A stretch of 64,000 nt of DNA from an uncultured Burkholderiales bacterium (GTDB lineage Bacteria > Pseudomonadota > Gammaproteobacteria > Burkholderiales > SHXO01): contig CAYLTE010000001.1 of assembly GCA_964386195.1 (NCBI GenBank), positions 2,650 through 66,649 of the forward strand. The letters are read 5' to 3'. Below are positions 1 to 8,846 of this stretch, one piece after another (position 1 is the first letter of the stretch; each line of letters begins with the position of its first letter). Made by a program: the position numbers and the translations under genes. The notes below the pieces were generated by a model. That model was not told the origin of the DNA. It searched no databases and saw only the letters and a list, made by a program, of their open reading frames with translations.

Positions 1-562
1 CGGGCAGCTCGTGCCAGCGCCACCCCAGCGAACGCAGACGCTGGCGAGTGTGCTCGAGCACCGCAGAGGTGCTCCAGGGGATGGCCTCGAACAGGGCCGG
101 GTCGTGCCGGCGCAGGCCGATGAGCCAGTAGCCCCCGTCCTCGGCCGGCCCGAGGACGGCGTCGGCCCCATCCAGCAGGGCGCGATGCGCAGCGCGCAGA
201 TCCTCGTGGTCGAGGCACGGCACGTCCGTGCCGAGCAGGAGTACGCTGGATCCCCGGCTCAGCCCGTCGCGCACGGCATGGCTCATGCGCGCACCGATGT
301 CTCCCTCGGGCTGCATCAGGATGGGCAGGCCCAGCAGGCGCTTGCACACCTGGAGGAAGGCGATGTCGGCGGGCGGGGTGGTCCAGATCTCGGCGGACCC
401 GACGCGGGCGATGGCGACCGTGCCGAGGGTGTGGCGTACCAGGCGGCAGTGCAGCTCGGCGGCGTTATCCGCGCCGAGCACCGGAATGAGGCGTGTCTTC
501 ACCTCGCCCGGCTGGGGCGCCTTGGCGAACACCTGAACGACTGCCCTGCTTTCCTTGGCCAT
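1..562 (-). CDS. DUF2064 / TIGR04282-like putative transferase (3' end cut by window edge)
   Basis: My reverse-strand translation from ATG at 562 reads MAKESRAVVQVFAKAPQPGEVKTRLIPVLG...LLLGTDVPCL...PAEDGGYWLIGL and stays open to position 1. It is absent from the ORF track because there is no stop inside the window. It follows the GT2 gene on the same strand. Confidence 0.75.
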   Translation of the reverse strand, partial: MAKESRAVVQVFAKAPQPGEVKTRLIPVLGADNAAELHCRLVRHTLGTVAIARVGSAEIWTTPPADIAFLQVCKRLLGLPILMQPEGDIGARMSHAVRDGLSRGSSVLLLGTDVPCLDHEDLRAAHRALLDGADAVLGPAEDGGYWLIGLRRHDPALFEAIPWSTSAVLEHTRQRLRSLGWRWHELP

Positions 563-638
563 GGCAACGCAGAACCCGAGGCCGCAGCCTGGGGCTGCGA
601 CCTGCATTTCGACGAACGAGAACGAAGCGGACCTGGAA

Positions 639-1325
639 CTACCGAGAACCAGCGTCGTAGGCGCGGCTGAGCCGCTGTGGCGAGTCGCCCAGGACATAGC
701 GCAGGCGCAGCCACCACATCAGCATGATGGTACGCCATACGCCGTGCTTTTCCCAACGCCGGCCGGACGTGACCACCGGACCGGGTAGCGCGGTCATCGG
801 CGCGAGTCGCCGCAACCGCTTCGACAGGGCCACGTCTTCCATCAGCGCGATCGCCGGATAGCCCCCCGCGCGCGCGAACAACGCGGTCGCCGCGAAGATG
901 CACTGGTCTCCGGTGCATACGCGCGTGAGGCGCGAGCGCAGGTTCATCATGCGTGCCACCACCGCCAGCATCGCGTGGTTTCCCTCGATGTGCACGTCGA
1001 ACCGGCCCCAGAGGTCCGCCCCGGCTGCCCGGACGGCATCGAGCTGGCGCACGGCATCGTCCGGGAGCAGCGTGTCGGCATGCAGGAAGAGCAGCACGTC
1101 CCCGCTCGCCTGCGCGGCCCCCGCGTTCATCTGCAGCGCGCGTCCCCGCGGCGCCTGGAGCACGCGATCGGCGAGCCCGCGCGCCAGGTCCGGCGTACCG
1201 TCACCGCTGCCGCCATCGACGACGATCAGTTCGTGCCCCTGTGTGCGCAACTGCTGAAGCGGCTCGAGACAGGCGCGAACGCGCATGCCCTCGTTCAGCA
1301 CCGGGATGACAATGGATAGTCGCAT
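639..1325 (-). CDS. family 2 glycosyltransferase (TIGR04283-like)
   Basis: Internal ATG of ORF 639..1850 gives MRLSIVIPVLNEG...LIVVDGGSGDGT...FLHADT, a typical GT2 fold signature. The upstream part of the track ORF is Arg-rich junk overlapping the neighbouring gene. Confidence 0.85.
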   Translation of the reverse strand: MRLSIVIPVLNEGMRVRACLEPLQQLRTQGHELIVVDGGSGDGTPDLARGLADRVLQAPRGRALQMNAGAAQASGDVLLFLHADTLLPDDAVRQLDAVRAAGADLWGRFDVHIEGNHAMLAVVARMMNLRSRLTRVCTGDQCIFAATALFARAGGYPAIALMEDVALSKRLRRLAPMTALPGPVVTSGRRWEKHGVWRTIMLMWWLRLRYVLGDSPQRLSRAYDAGSR

Positions 1326-3475
1326 CAGCCACGCATCCACGCGTGGTAGCGCTGCACCCAGCGCAGCACACCCTGTGGCGCGTGTGCGCGCTTCCAGTTG
1401 CCGGCCACGTACTTGTTCGCCTCGGCCAGGGTCGGATAGATGTGGATCGTACCCAGTATCTTGTTCAGGCCGATGCCGTGCTTCATCGCAGACACGTACT
1501 CGACGATGAGATCCCCGGCGTGCTCGCCCGCGATGGTCACTCCCAGGACGCGATCCTTGCCGGGCACGGTGAGCACCTTCACCACTCCGTGCGCCTCGCC
1601 GTCGGCAATGGCGCGATCCAGATCGTCGATGCCGTAGGTGGTGACCTCGTATGCAATGCCCTTCTCCCGCGCCTCCTGCTCGTTGAGTCCGACGCGCGCG
1701 ACCTCCGGATCGGTGAATGTCGCCCACGGGATGACCGAGAAGTCCGCACGGAAGCGGCGGAAGCGGCCGAACAGCGCGTTCACCGCGGCGTACCAGGCGG
1801 TGTGGGCGGCGGTGTGGGTGAACTGGTACGGCCCGGCCACGTCTCCGCATGCGTAGATGTTGGGAAAGCGCGTGGCCATGAACTCGTTGACTTCGACGGT
1901 GCGCTGACGCGTGACGGGAATACCCAGCTTCTCCAGGCCGTAGCCCTCGGTGTTAGGGGCGCGGCCGACCGCGACCAGCACCTCGTCGAAGGGTATCCGC
2001 GCTTCGCCTTCCCGGTGCTCGGCGACGAGCACCTTCTCGCCTCCCTCGACGAGGAACTGCTTCGCCTTGTGTTCGAGCAGCACGCGCACGCCTTCGGCGC
2101 GCAGGCGCTCGAGCACCATCGCCGAAATCTCCGGATCCTCGCGGATCATGATCCGGGGCAGCATCTCCACCTGGGTGACCTGCGCACCGAGGCGCTGGAA
2201 GGCTTGCGTGAGTTCGCAGCCGATCGGTCCTCCACCCAGCACCACCAGGCGGCGCGGCAGCACGCGCAGGTTCCACACCGTGTCGGAGGTCAGGTAGCCC
2301 ACCTGCTCCAGCCCTGGAATCGGCGGCACGAACGGGCGGGCGCCGGCGGCAATCACGATCGCGCGCGTGGTCAAGGTTCGACGTGCGCCATCCCTGCCCT
2401 GGATGCTCACGCTCCAGGGTGACTCGATCGTCGCGCTGCCCTCGATGCACTCCACGCCCAACCCGGTGTAGCGCTCGATCGAATCGTGCGGCTCGATGTC
2501 CCGGATGACGCGCTGGACACGTTCCATCACTTTCGCGAAATCGATCTCGGGCTGTGCGCGTGCGATTCCCCACTGGTCCGCGCGACGCATCTGCGACGCC
2601 AGTTTGGCGGTGCGCAGCAGTGCCTTGGACGGCACGCAACCGGTGTTCAGGCAGTCGCCTCCCATCCTGTGCTTCTCGACGAGCGTAACCTTCGCCTTCA
2701 CCGCCGCGGCGATGTAGGCGGATACCAGCCCGGCCGACCCGGCGCCGATCACGACCAGGTTGCGGTCGAAACGCACGGGCCGCTTCCAGCCGGCATACAC
2801 CTTGCGCGCGCGCACCGTGTCCACGATCTTCTTGGCGAGCAGGGGAAAGACGCCCAGCGCGGCGAACGAGAGCAGCAGGGCCGGGGAGAGGATGCCGCGC
2901 AGCGATTCGATCCGCGCCAGCTGCGTGCCGGCGTTGACGTACACGATCGTTCCCAGCAGCATTCCCAGCTGGCTCACCCAGTAGAAGGTGCGGGTGCGCA
3001 TCGCGGTCAGTCCCATGACGAGATTGATCACGAAGAAGGGGAACACCGGCACCAGGCGCAGGGTGAAGAGATAGAACGCGCCCTCCTTCTCGATGCCGCG
3101 GTCGATCGTCTGCAGCTTGTCGCCGAAGCGGCGCTGGATGCTGTCGCGAAACAGGAATCGGCTGGCGAGGAACGCGAGCGTCGCGCCGACACTGGAAGCG
3201 AACGAGACCAGCACGGTCCCGGCAACGAGGCCGAACACCGCACCGGCTGCCAGCGTCATGATCGCAGCACCGGGAAGCGACAGGCCGGTGACGGCCACGT
3301 ATACGGCGAAAAACGCCAGCGCCGTGCGCCACGGATGCGCGTGGTAGGTGCCTTCGATCGCGGCCTGCTGTGCCTTGAGGAAGTCGAGGCTGAAGAATCG
3401 CCCGAGATCGAACGCGAAGAACGCACCGACCAGCAGTGCGATGGCGACGAGAAGCAGGATGCGGCTCTTGCTCAT
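1325..3475 (-). CDS. fusion protein: TVP38/TMEM64 (DedA-like) membrane domain + FAD-dependent pyridine nucleotide-disulfide oxidoreductase
   Basis: 716 aa ORF. The N-terminal ~230 aa has multiple TM helices (LRLVPVFPFFVINL). This is followed by VVIGAGSAGLVSA (FAD fold), GGDCLNTGCVPSK (redox-active CxxxxC) and a second GGGPIGCE NAD(P) fold. Its stop overlaps the GT2 start by 1 nt. Confidence 0.9.
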   Translation of the reverse strand: MSKSRILLLVAIALLVGAFFAFDLGRFFSLDFLKAQQAAIEGTYHAHPWRTALAFFAVYVAVTGLSLPGAAIMTLAAGAVFGLVAGTVLVSFASSVGATLAFLASRFLFRDSIQRRFGDKLQTIDRGIEKEGAFYLFTLRLVPVFPFFVINLVMGLTAMRTRTFYWVSQLGMLLGTIVYVNAGTQLARIESLRGILSPALLLSFAALGVFPLLAKKIVDTVRARKVYAGWKRPVRFDRNLVVIGAGSAGLVSAYIAAAVKAKVTLVEKHRMGGDCLNTGCVPSKALLRTAKLASQMRRADQWGIARAQPEIDFAKVMERVQRVIRDIEPHDSIERYTGLGVECIEGSATIESPWSVSIQGRDGARRTLTTRAIVIAAGARPFVPPIPGLEQVGYLTSDTVWNLRVLPRRLVVLGGGPIGCELTQAFQRLGAQVTQVEMLPRIMIREDPEISAMVLERLRAEGVRVLLEHKAKQFLVEGGEKVLVAEHREGEARIPFDEVLVAVGRAPNTEGYGLEKLGIPVTRQRTVEVNEFMATRFPNIYACGDVAGPYQFTHTAAHTAWYAAVNALFGRFRRFRADFSVIPWATFTDPEVARVGLNEQEAREKGIAYEVTTYGIDDLDRAIADGEAHGVVKVLTVPGKDRVLGVTIAGEHAGDLIVEYVSAMKHGIGLNKILGTIHIYPTLAEANKYVAGNWKRAHAPQGVLRWVQRYHAWMRG

Positions 3476-3607
3476 GCGATGCGGATCCCGTGTGGGGCAG
3501 CCGATGCTACGCCAAAGGGCGGCACACGGCGCGCTGCATGGATCAGGTACGCATGGCGAGGGCGGTTTGGATGCGGCAGACGCACCGGGTCCGCCTGCGC
3601 CCCGACG

Positions 3608-3979
3608 CTAGTCGAAGTCCCCGGCCTCCCTGCGCTTGCGGTGCTCGTCGCGCAAGAAGGTCACGAGCTGCCAGATCTCCTCGTCCCGGGCGCTGTCCTT
3701 GAAGGGCGACATGAGCGTCCCGGAGCGGCCGTTCTTGATGACGTTGAAGATCATTTCGTCGGATGGGGCGCGCAGCCACTCGTTGTCGGTGAGGTCGGGC
3801 CCCACGGCGCCGCGGGCGTTGTTGCCGTGGCAGGCGACGCAGCCGAGCGCGTCGTACAGGCGTCGCCCCTCTGCGGCGGCGGCGGGATCGAGCCCGAAGG
3901 GATTCTCGAGCTTCTCGGCACGGGCCGCAGTCCCTGCGAACAGCGCGGAAGCAAGAAGGATGAGTGTAGAGATCTTCAT
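3608..3979 (-). CDS. periplasmic monoheme c-type cytochrome
   Basis: Internal ATG of ORF 3608..4231 gives MKISTLILLASALFAGTAARA (signal peptide) and one CVACH heme-binding motif. It lies 53 nt downstream of the PQQ dehydrogenase on the same strand. Confidence 0.85.
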   Translation of the reverse strand: MKISTLILLASALFAGTAARAEKLENPFGLDPAAAAEGRRLYDALGCVACHGNNARGAVGPDLTDNEWLRAPSDEMIFNVIKNGRSGTLMSPFKDSARDEEIWQLVTFLRDEHRKRREAGDFD

Positions 3980-4032
3980 GTGTGCCTGCGATGGAAACCG
4001 GGCCCCGACAACGCCGGGGCCCGGTTTCGGCT

Positions 4033-5742
4033 CTACTTGTTGAACAGTGCGAAAACGGTGACGTAGCCGCCCTTTCGATTGTCCTTCAGGTGCGGCGCGC
4101 CGCCTTTGCCACCCCAGGTGGCCCAGCCCGTCCAGCCACCCCATCCGGATGGCACCGCGACATACTGCCGTCCGTCGACGGAGAAGGTCATGGGGCTGCC
4201 CACGATCCCCGAGCCGGTCTGATACGACCACAGCGTTCGGCCGGTACGCGTGTCCAGCGCCTTGAACTCACCTTCGGGCGTGCCGGCGAAAGTCAGTCCG
4301 CCCGCGGTGGTCAGAATGCCACTGGTGTAGGGCGATGGCGCCTTCACCGTCCAGAGCTTCTCGCCGCTCTTGACGTCGAACGCGACGAGCTGGCCGTAGC
4401 CCTTCTCCCAGTTCGCCTCCGCCAGGCCGAGATTGTATCGGCCTTCGACACGCTCGGTCTTCCCGGCCTTGAGATCGGCACAGATCTCGCGGCTGGGCAC
4501 GACGACGATGCTCTGGTTCGGATCGTAGGACATCGGGTTCCACCACTTCCCGCCTTCCGAGGCCGGGCAGACTCCCTTCACTACCTTGTCGTAGGTCGGC
4601 ACCATCTTCTCGTCGATGATCGGGCGCCCCTCCGGCGTGAAACCGGTCATCCAGTTCACCTTGGAGATCTCCTTGCCCCAGATGAACTTGCCGTTGGTTC
4701 GATCGACCTTGTACAGGAAGCCGTTGCGATCCCCGTGCAGCCACACGCGCTCGCCGCCGATGTCCGCCAGGATGGTCTCGTTCACTCCGTCGTAGTCCCA
4801 GACGTCCCAGGGGGTGTACTGGTAGTAGAACTTGATCTCGCCGTTGTCGGGGTCGAGCGCGAGCGTCGCGTTGGTGTAGAGATTGTCGCCCACGCGGCCG
4901 TGGCCATCCCAGTCGGGATTGGGATTGCCCGTGCTCCAGTACAGAATGTCGAGGGTGGGGTCGTACGAACCGGTGATCCACGCCGACCCGCCGCCGAACT
5001 TCCACGCGTCCGGGTCGGTCGTGCCCCAGGTGTCGGAGCCCGGCTCTCCCGGTGCGGGAATGGTGTAGCGGCGCCACACCTGCTGGCCGGTGTCGGAATC
5101 GAGCGCCTCGATGTACAGGCGCGTGGGGTACTCCGCACCGGACATCCCCACCACGACCTTGCCCTTCACGATCAGCGGCGCCACCGTCATCGTGTAGGCC
5201 TTCTTGTAGTCGCCGATCACCACGTCCCACGCCACCTTGCCGGTCTCGCGGTCCAGGGCGATGACGTGCGAATCGGGCGTCACGTAGAAGACCTTGTCCC
5301 CGTAGAGCGCCGCGCCGCGGTTGCCGAGGTCGCAGCACAGCATCTTGCCGATGTCGTCGGGCATGGGATGAGCGTGCATCCACTTCATCGCGCCGGTACG
5401 CGCATCGACCGCGAAGATGCGCCCGTGCGAAGAGGTCACGTACATCACCCCGTCGAGCACGAGCGGCGTCGTGTTCTGCGCATCCAGGGTACCGAACGAG
5501 AACGTCCACACCGGCACCATGCGCTTGACATTGAACGTGTCGATCTGGGTGAGCGGACTGTAGCGCGTGCTGGAGTAGTCGCGAGGCGCCATGATCCAGT
5601 TGGAGGCGTCGTTCTGCGCATTGAGCAGCATCTGCTCGGTGACCGGACGCTGTGCGTGCGCCGGAAGCGTGGCGAATGCGGCGGCAATGCCCACCGCAGC
5701 GGAGATGTGACGCAGGAACCTTACCTGTGAAGCAGTATCCAT
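4033..5742 (-). CDS. PQQ-dependent alcohol/methanol dehydrogenase family protein (lanthanide-type signature)
   Basis: Start MDTASQVRFL with GGGAGGG RBS. Signal peptide ends AHAQ. Vicinal Cys pair in MLCCDLGNRG. Propeller W-motifs are present, with WDYDGVNE at the active-site region. Confidence 0.9.
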   Translation of the reverse strand: MDTASQVRFLRHISAAVGIAAAFATLPAHAQRPVTEQMLLNAQNDASNWIMAPRDYSSTRYSPLTQIDTFNVKRMVPVWTFSFGTLDAQNTTPLVLDGVMYVTSSHGRIFAVDARTGAMKWMHAHPMPDDIGKMLCCDLGNRGAALYGDKVFYVTPDSHVIALDRETGKVAWDVVIGDYKKAYTMTVAPLIVKGKVVVGMSGAEYPTRLYIEALDSDTGQQVWRRYTIPAPGEPGSDTWGTTDPDAWKFGGGSAWITGSYDPTLDILYWSTGNPNPDWDGHGRVGDNLYTNATLALDPDNGEIKFYYQYTPWDVWDYDGVNETILADIGGERVWLHGDRNGFLYKVDRTNGKFIWGKEISKVNWMTGFTPEGRPIIDEKMVPTYDKVVKGVCPASEGGKWWNPMSYDPNQSIVVVPSREICADLKAGKTERVEGRYNLGLAEANWEKGYGQLVAFDVKSGEKLWTVKAPSPYTSGILTTAGGLTFAGTPEGEFKALDTRTGRTLWSYQTGSGIVGSPMTFSVDGRQYVAVPSGWGGWTGWATWGGKGGAPHLKDNRKGGYVTVFALFNK

Positions 5743-5874
5743 GAACCCTCCCGAAATGCGAGTTGGAGATGCCTGCTGCCAGTTCGAAACTGCTGCCGAT
5801 CTTGTTGTGCGTCGCGCCGGATTCGGGGCGACCGGCAGACGGTAGGACAATCGACTGGCCGCGTCAACGCTCTG

Positions 5875-5905
5875 GCCGCCGTGGTGCACGGTGCACCACG
5901 GCGGC
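5875..5905 (-). terminator. perfect 14-bp stem / 3-nt loop hairpin downstream of the photolyase gene (no U-tract)
   Basis: GCCGCCGTGGTGCA-cgg-TGCACCACGGCGGC read directly. It lies 24 nt after the photolyase stop and upstream of the PQQ-ADH promoter region. Confidence 0.4.
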
Positions 5906-5928
5906 GCAGCGTCTGTCCCGGGCCGGTC

Positions 5929-7494
5929 TCAGTCCGATGTGTAGCGCGCCTGCAGCGCAGCGGCTCGCCAGCGGCCCGCCTGCTCGCGATGATCGTCCAT
6001 CGTCTCCGGCGCCAGCCGGGCGAGGGTGGACAGGGCGTTGGACATGCGCGGATTGCGCGCGAAGTGCGCGCGGTGACGATCGAGGAAATCCCAGTACAGG
6101 TGGTTCAAGGGACAGGCATGGGGACTGTCCGTGCGCCGCGGATCGAAGCGGCAACCGGCGCACAGCGTGCGTCCCATGCGCTGGATGTACTTGCCCGAGG
6201 CAACGTAGGGTTTGCTGGCGAAGAGCCCGCCATCGGCATACGTGCCCATGCCCAGCACGTTCGGGGTGACCACCCAGTCGTACGCGTCCACGTAGGCGAA
6301 CCAGAACCACCGGTTCAGCGCGTGTGGATCCACCCCCAGCAGCGTGGCCAGGTTCGAGAGCACCATCAGCCGGGTGATGTGGTGGCTGTGACCGCGCTGC
6401 ACCACCTGCCTGACCGTCGTGTCCAGGCAGTTCATGCCGGACGCTCGGCCCCAGTACCAATCCGGCAGTGGCAACTCGGCTTGCAGCGCATTGCACGTCT
6501 CGTAAGCACTCGCGTGCTCGTCGAAGACGTGACGCACGAATTCCCGCCAGCCGAGCACCTGCCGGATGAAGCCCTCCACCGACTGCAGGGGCGCCCGGCC
6601 TTCCCGGTATGCGCGCTCCGCGCGCCGGCACAGCGCGAGGGGATCGAGCATGCCCAGATTGATGGACGCGGACAGCAGGGAGTGGAACAAGGCGTGTTCC
6701 CCGGCGTGCATCGCATCCTCGAAGGGACCGAAGTGCGGCAGGAGCACATCGAAGAAATGATCGGACAACCGTTTCGCGTCTTCTGCACTGACCGGCCAGT
6801 CGAAGGGCTCGATCTCGCCGAACGCCTCGGGATGACGTGTCCGCACGAGTTCCATCACTTCCCGGGTGATCGCGTCGCGCTGCAGGCTCGGCCGCGGCGG
6901 AACCGGTGGCTCGCCCGTCCACGCGCGCCGGTTGTCCTCGTCGTAGTTCCAGCGGCCATGCGTCGGCGCGTCCCCGTCCATGAGCAGGCCCGTCTTGCGC
7001 CGGGCGGCACGATAGAACGTTTCGAGACGCCGCTGCCCGGCGCGCGGAAACACCTTGCGGTAGAAGTCCCGGTCGGTCACGAACAGCGCATCGGGATGCA
7101 CGCGAAGGCCTGGGACGCGGCGCAGCGATTCGCGCAGTTCGTGCTCGGCCGGTTCCATCGCCTCGATCGAGCCGATGCCGAAGCGCATCTGGATATCGGT
7201 TAGCGCAGCGTCGTACCAGCGGTCGGAGAACCGGTACAACACCGGATGGCCTCGCTGCGCCAGGGAAAGCGCGTGGTGCCGCATGGCCGACAGCAGCAGT
7301 ACGAGTTTCTGCTTGTGGTACGGGCGACGCGCCGGCTTCGCGCTGCTTTCGATGAAGATCAGTCCGGTCTCGCGCGGATCGCCTTCCAGCAGCGGATGGT
7401 CCGGGCGCAACTGGTCGTAGGGCAGAAAGACCCAGCGCGTGGGTGGCCTGCGCGGCGTCGGCCGAAAGGCGGAGATCTGCGCGAAGAACGTCAT
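5929..7494 (-). CDS. cryptochrome/photolyase family protein, FeS-BCP / prokaryotic (6-4) photolyase type
   Basis: From MTFFAQISAF: ...WVFLPYDQL..., GWREFVRH, HHITRLMVLSN, and a Cys pattern of one Cys in GMNCLD followed by CAGC-x12-C near the C-terminus. Confidence 0.85.
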   Translation of the reverse strand: MTFFAQISAFRPTPRRPPTRWVFLPYDQLRPDHPLLEGDPRETGLIFIESSAKPARRPYHKQKLVLLLSAMRHHALSLAQRGHPVLYRFSDRWYDAALTDIQMRFGIGSIEAMEPAEHELRESLRRVPGLRVHPDALFVTDRDFYRKVFPRAGQRRLETFYRAARRKTGLLMDGDAPTHGRWNYDEDNRRAWTGEPPVPPRPSLQRDAITREVMELVRTRHPEAFGEIEPFDWPVSAEDAKRLSDHFFDVLLPHFGPFEDAMHAGEHALFHSLLSASINLGMLDPLALCRRAERAYREGRAPLQSVEGFIRQVLGWREFVRHVFDEHASAYETCNALQAELPLPDWYWGRASGMNCLDTTVRQVVQRGHSHHITRLMVLSNLATLLGVDPHALNRWFWFAYVDAYDWVVTPNVLGMGTYADGGLFASKPYVASGKYIQRMGRTLCAGCRFDPRRTDSPHACPLNHLYWDFLDRHRAHFARNPRMSNALSTLARLAPETMDDHREQAGRWRAAALQARYTSD

Positions 7495-7719
7495 GGATGC
7501 AGGTACGAAGCGCGTCGAATGGCCGGCGCGGCCGATTGGACCGGACTCGTCTGCGCGCGTTCGGATCGTCGCTGTGTCTTTGGGTGGCAATCCGCGATAC
7601 GGCAGGGTTGCTTCCCGCGGAACTCGGTCCAGTCCCAGCATTCAAAGCCGCATGGCAGGCACGCCGGCCGCCCCCTTCGCGCTCGGGGTTTTCCTGCGCG
7701 CGACGCACTCCGCTCGACC

Positions 7720-7923
7720 ATGAAGATCGCCAACCTGATCGCCGCTCTGCTCGGCATCGTGCTCGCGCTGACCGCGTGGTGGGTCCACTCGCGCTCGGCG
7801 GCGCAATCGGTACGCCAGCCCTTCCTGCCAGGAGCGGCTGCGGTCGCGATGCTGCACCAGGCAGCGCCGCCGACCTACGCGTTCAGTGCGGCACTTCCCC
7901 CAGCACCGTGCAGCGCCGGATGA
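7720..7923 (+). CDS. possible small membrane protein (67 aa)
   Basis: ATG inside ORF 7246..7923 gives MKIANLIAALLGIVLALTAWWV (one TM helix) with high GC3 in the first half. There is no clear RBS. It overlaps the convergent TauD 3' end by 41 nt. Confidence 0.3.
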   Translation: MKIANLIAALLGIVLALTAWWVHSRSAAQSVRQPFLPGAAAVAMLHQAAPPTYAFSAALPPAPCSAG

Positions 7924-8749
7924 CGCGCGGCTCGTTGTGCGTGTCGTACTCGGTCGCGCGATGGAGCAGGCAGCGGTTGTCCCACAGGATCAGTTGCCCG
8001 GGCTGCCAGCGATGCGCGTACACCAGATCCGGCTGGACGGCCATCGCATTCAGTTCCTCGATCAACGCGCGGCCTTCGTCGTAGGGCATGCCGACGATGT
8101 ATTCGGCGTGGTCTCCCAGGAACAGGCAGTGGCGGCCGGTGTCGGGGTGCGTGCGCACCACCGGATGGTCGACTGGCGGCACTGCCTGGCGCTGCGCTGC
8201 GGTCATCGGTTCCTCGCCGTGCCGCCGGGTGCGGGAGAAATCGAGATTGTGCACCGCACGCAGGTTGGCGATGCGCGTCTTCCATGCATCGCTGAGCCGC
8301 TCGTACGCGCCGTACATGTCGCAGAAGTGCGTCTCGCCGCCCCGTTCGGGCACGACCTCGGCGTACAGGATCGTCACGTGCCCGGTGGTGCGCTGCCAGG
8401 AAGCATCGGTGTGCCAGGCGAGCGTGCCCTTGTCCGGATAGCGCCCGGTGAGCTTGCCGTCGGGGCCGACATTGCTCAGCGTGTACAGTTCGGGATGCTC
8501 ATTCGCGTGATACTGGTTCATCACATGGACCTGCAGTTCACCGAAGCGACGCCCGAACTCGACCTGGCGGCCCGGAGGCAGGTTCTGCTCACCGAAGAGC
8601 AGGACTTGATACTTCAGGAACGCCTCGTGGATCGCGGCGAACAAGGCATCGTCCACACCGCGCGCGAGGTCGACTCCTTCCAGACTTGCGCCAAGCGCCG
8701 GCGCGAGCGGCCGAACCGCGAAGGGCCAGCGCGTCGTCGTCCCGTTCAT
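7883..8749 (-). CDS. TauD/TfdA family Fe(II)/2-oxoglutarate-dependent dioxygenase
   Basis: Start MNGTTTRWPF preceded by GGAGGAG. Contains WHTDASW (HxD iron ligands) and ...WDNRCLLHRA typical of the family. Confidence 0.85.
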   Translation of the reverse strand: MNGTTTRWPFAVRPLAPALGASLEGVDLARGVDDALFAAIHEAFLKYQVLLFGEQNLPPGRQVEFGRRFGELQVHVMNQYHANEHPELYTLSNVGPDGKLTGRYPDKGTLAWHTDASWQRTTGHVTILYAEVVPERGGETHFCDMYGAYERLSDAWKTRIANLRAVHNLDFSRTRRHGEEPMTAAQRQAVPPVDHPVVRTHPDTGRHCLFLGDHAEYIVGMPYDEGRALIEELNAMAVQPDLVYAHRWQPGQLILWDNRCLLHRATEYDTHNEPRVIRRCTVLGEVPH

Positions 8750-8846
8750 CCTCGTTCTCCTCCCACGTCGCATCACCGGCGCTCGTGTCTGTCCGCAGTA
8801 TAGTCGCCCGGTCCTCGTGTGCCCGCCCGTGACAGGCGCTCGGCGC

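Noticed and set aside
5864-7708. 614 aa minus-strand ORF overlapping the photolyase gene
   Set aside because: It is an alternative frame of the same strand with Arg/Ala/Pro-rich composition. The 5929..7494 frame carries the photolyase motifs.
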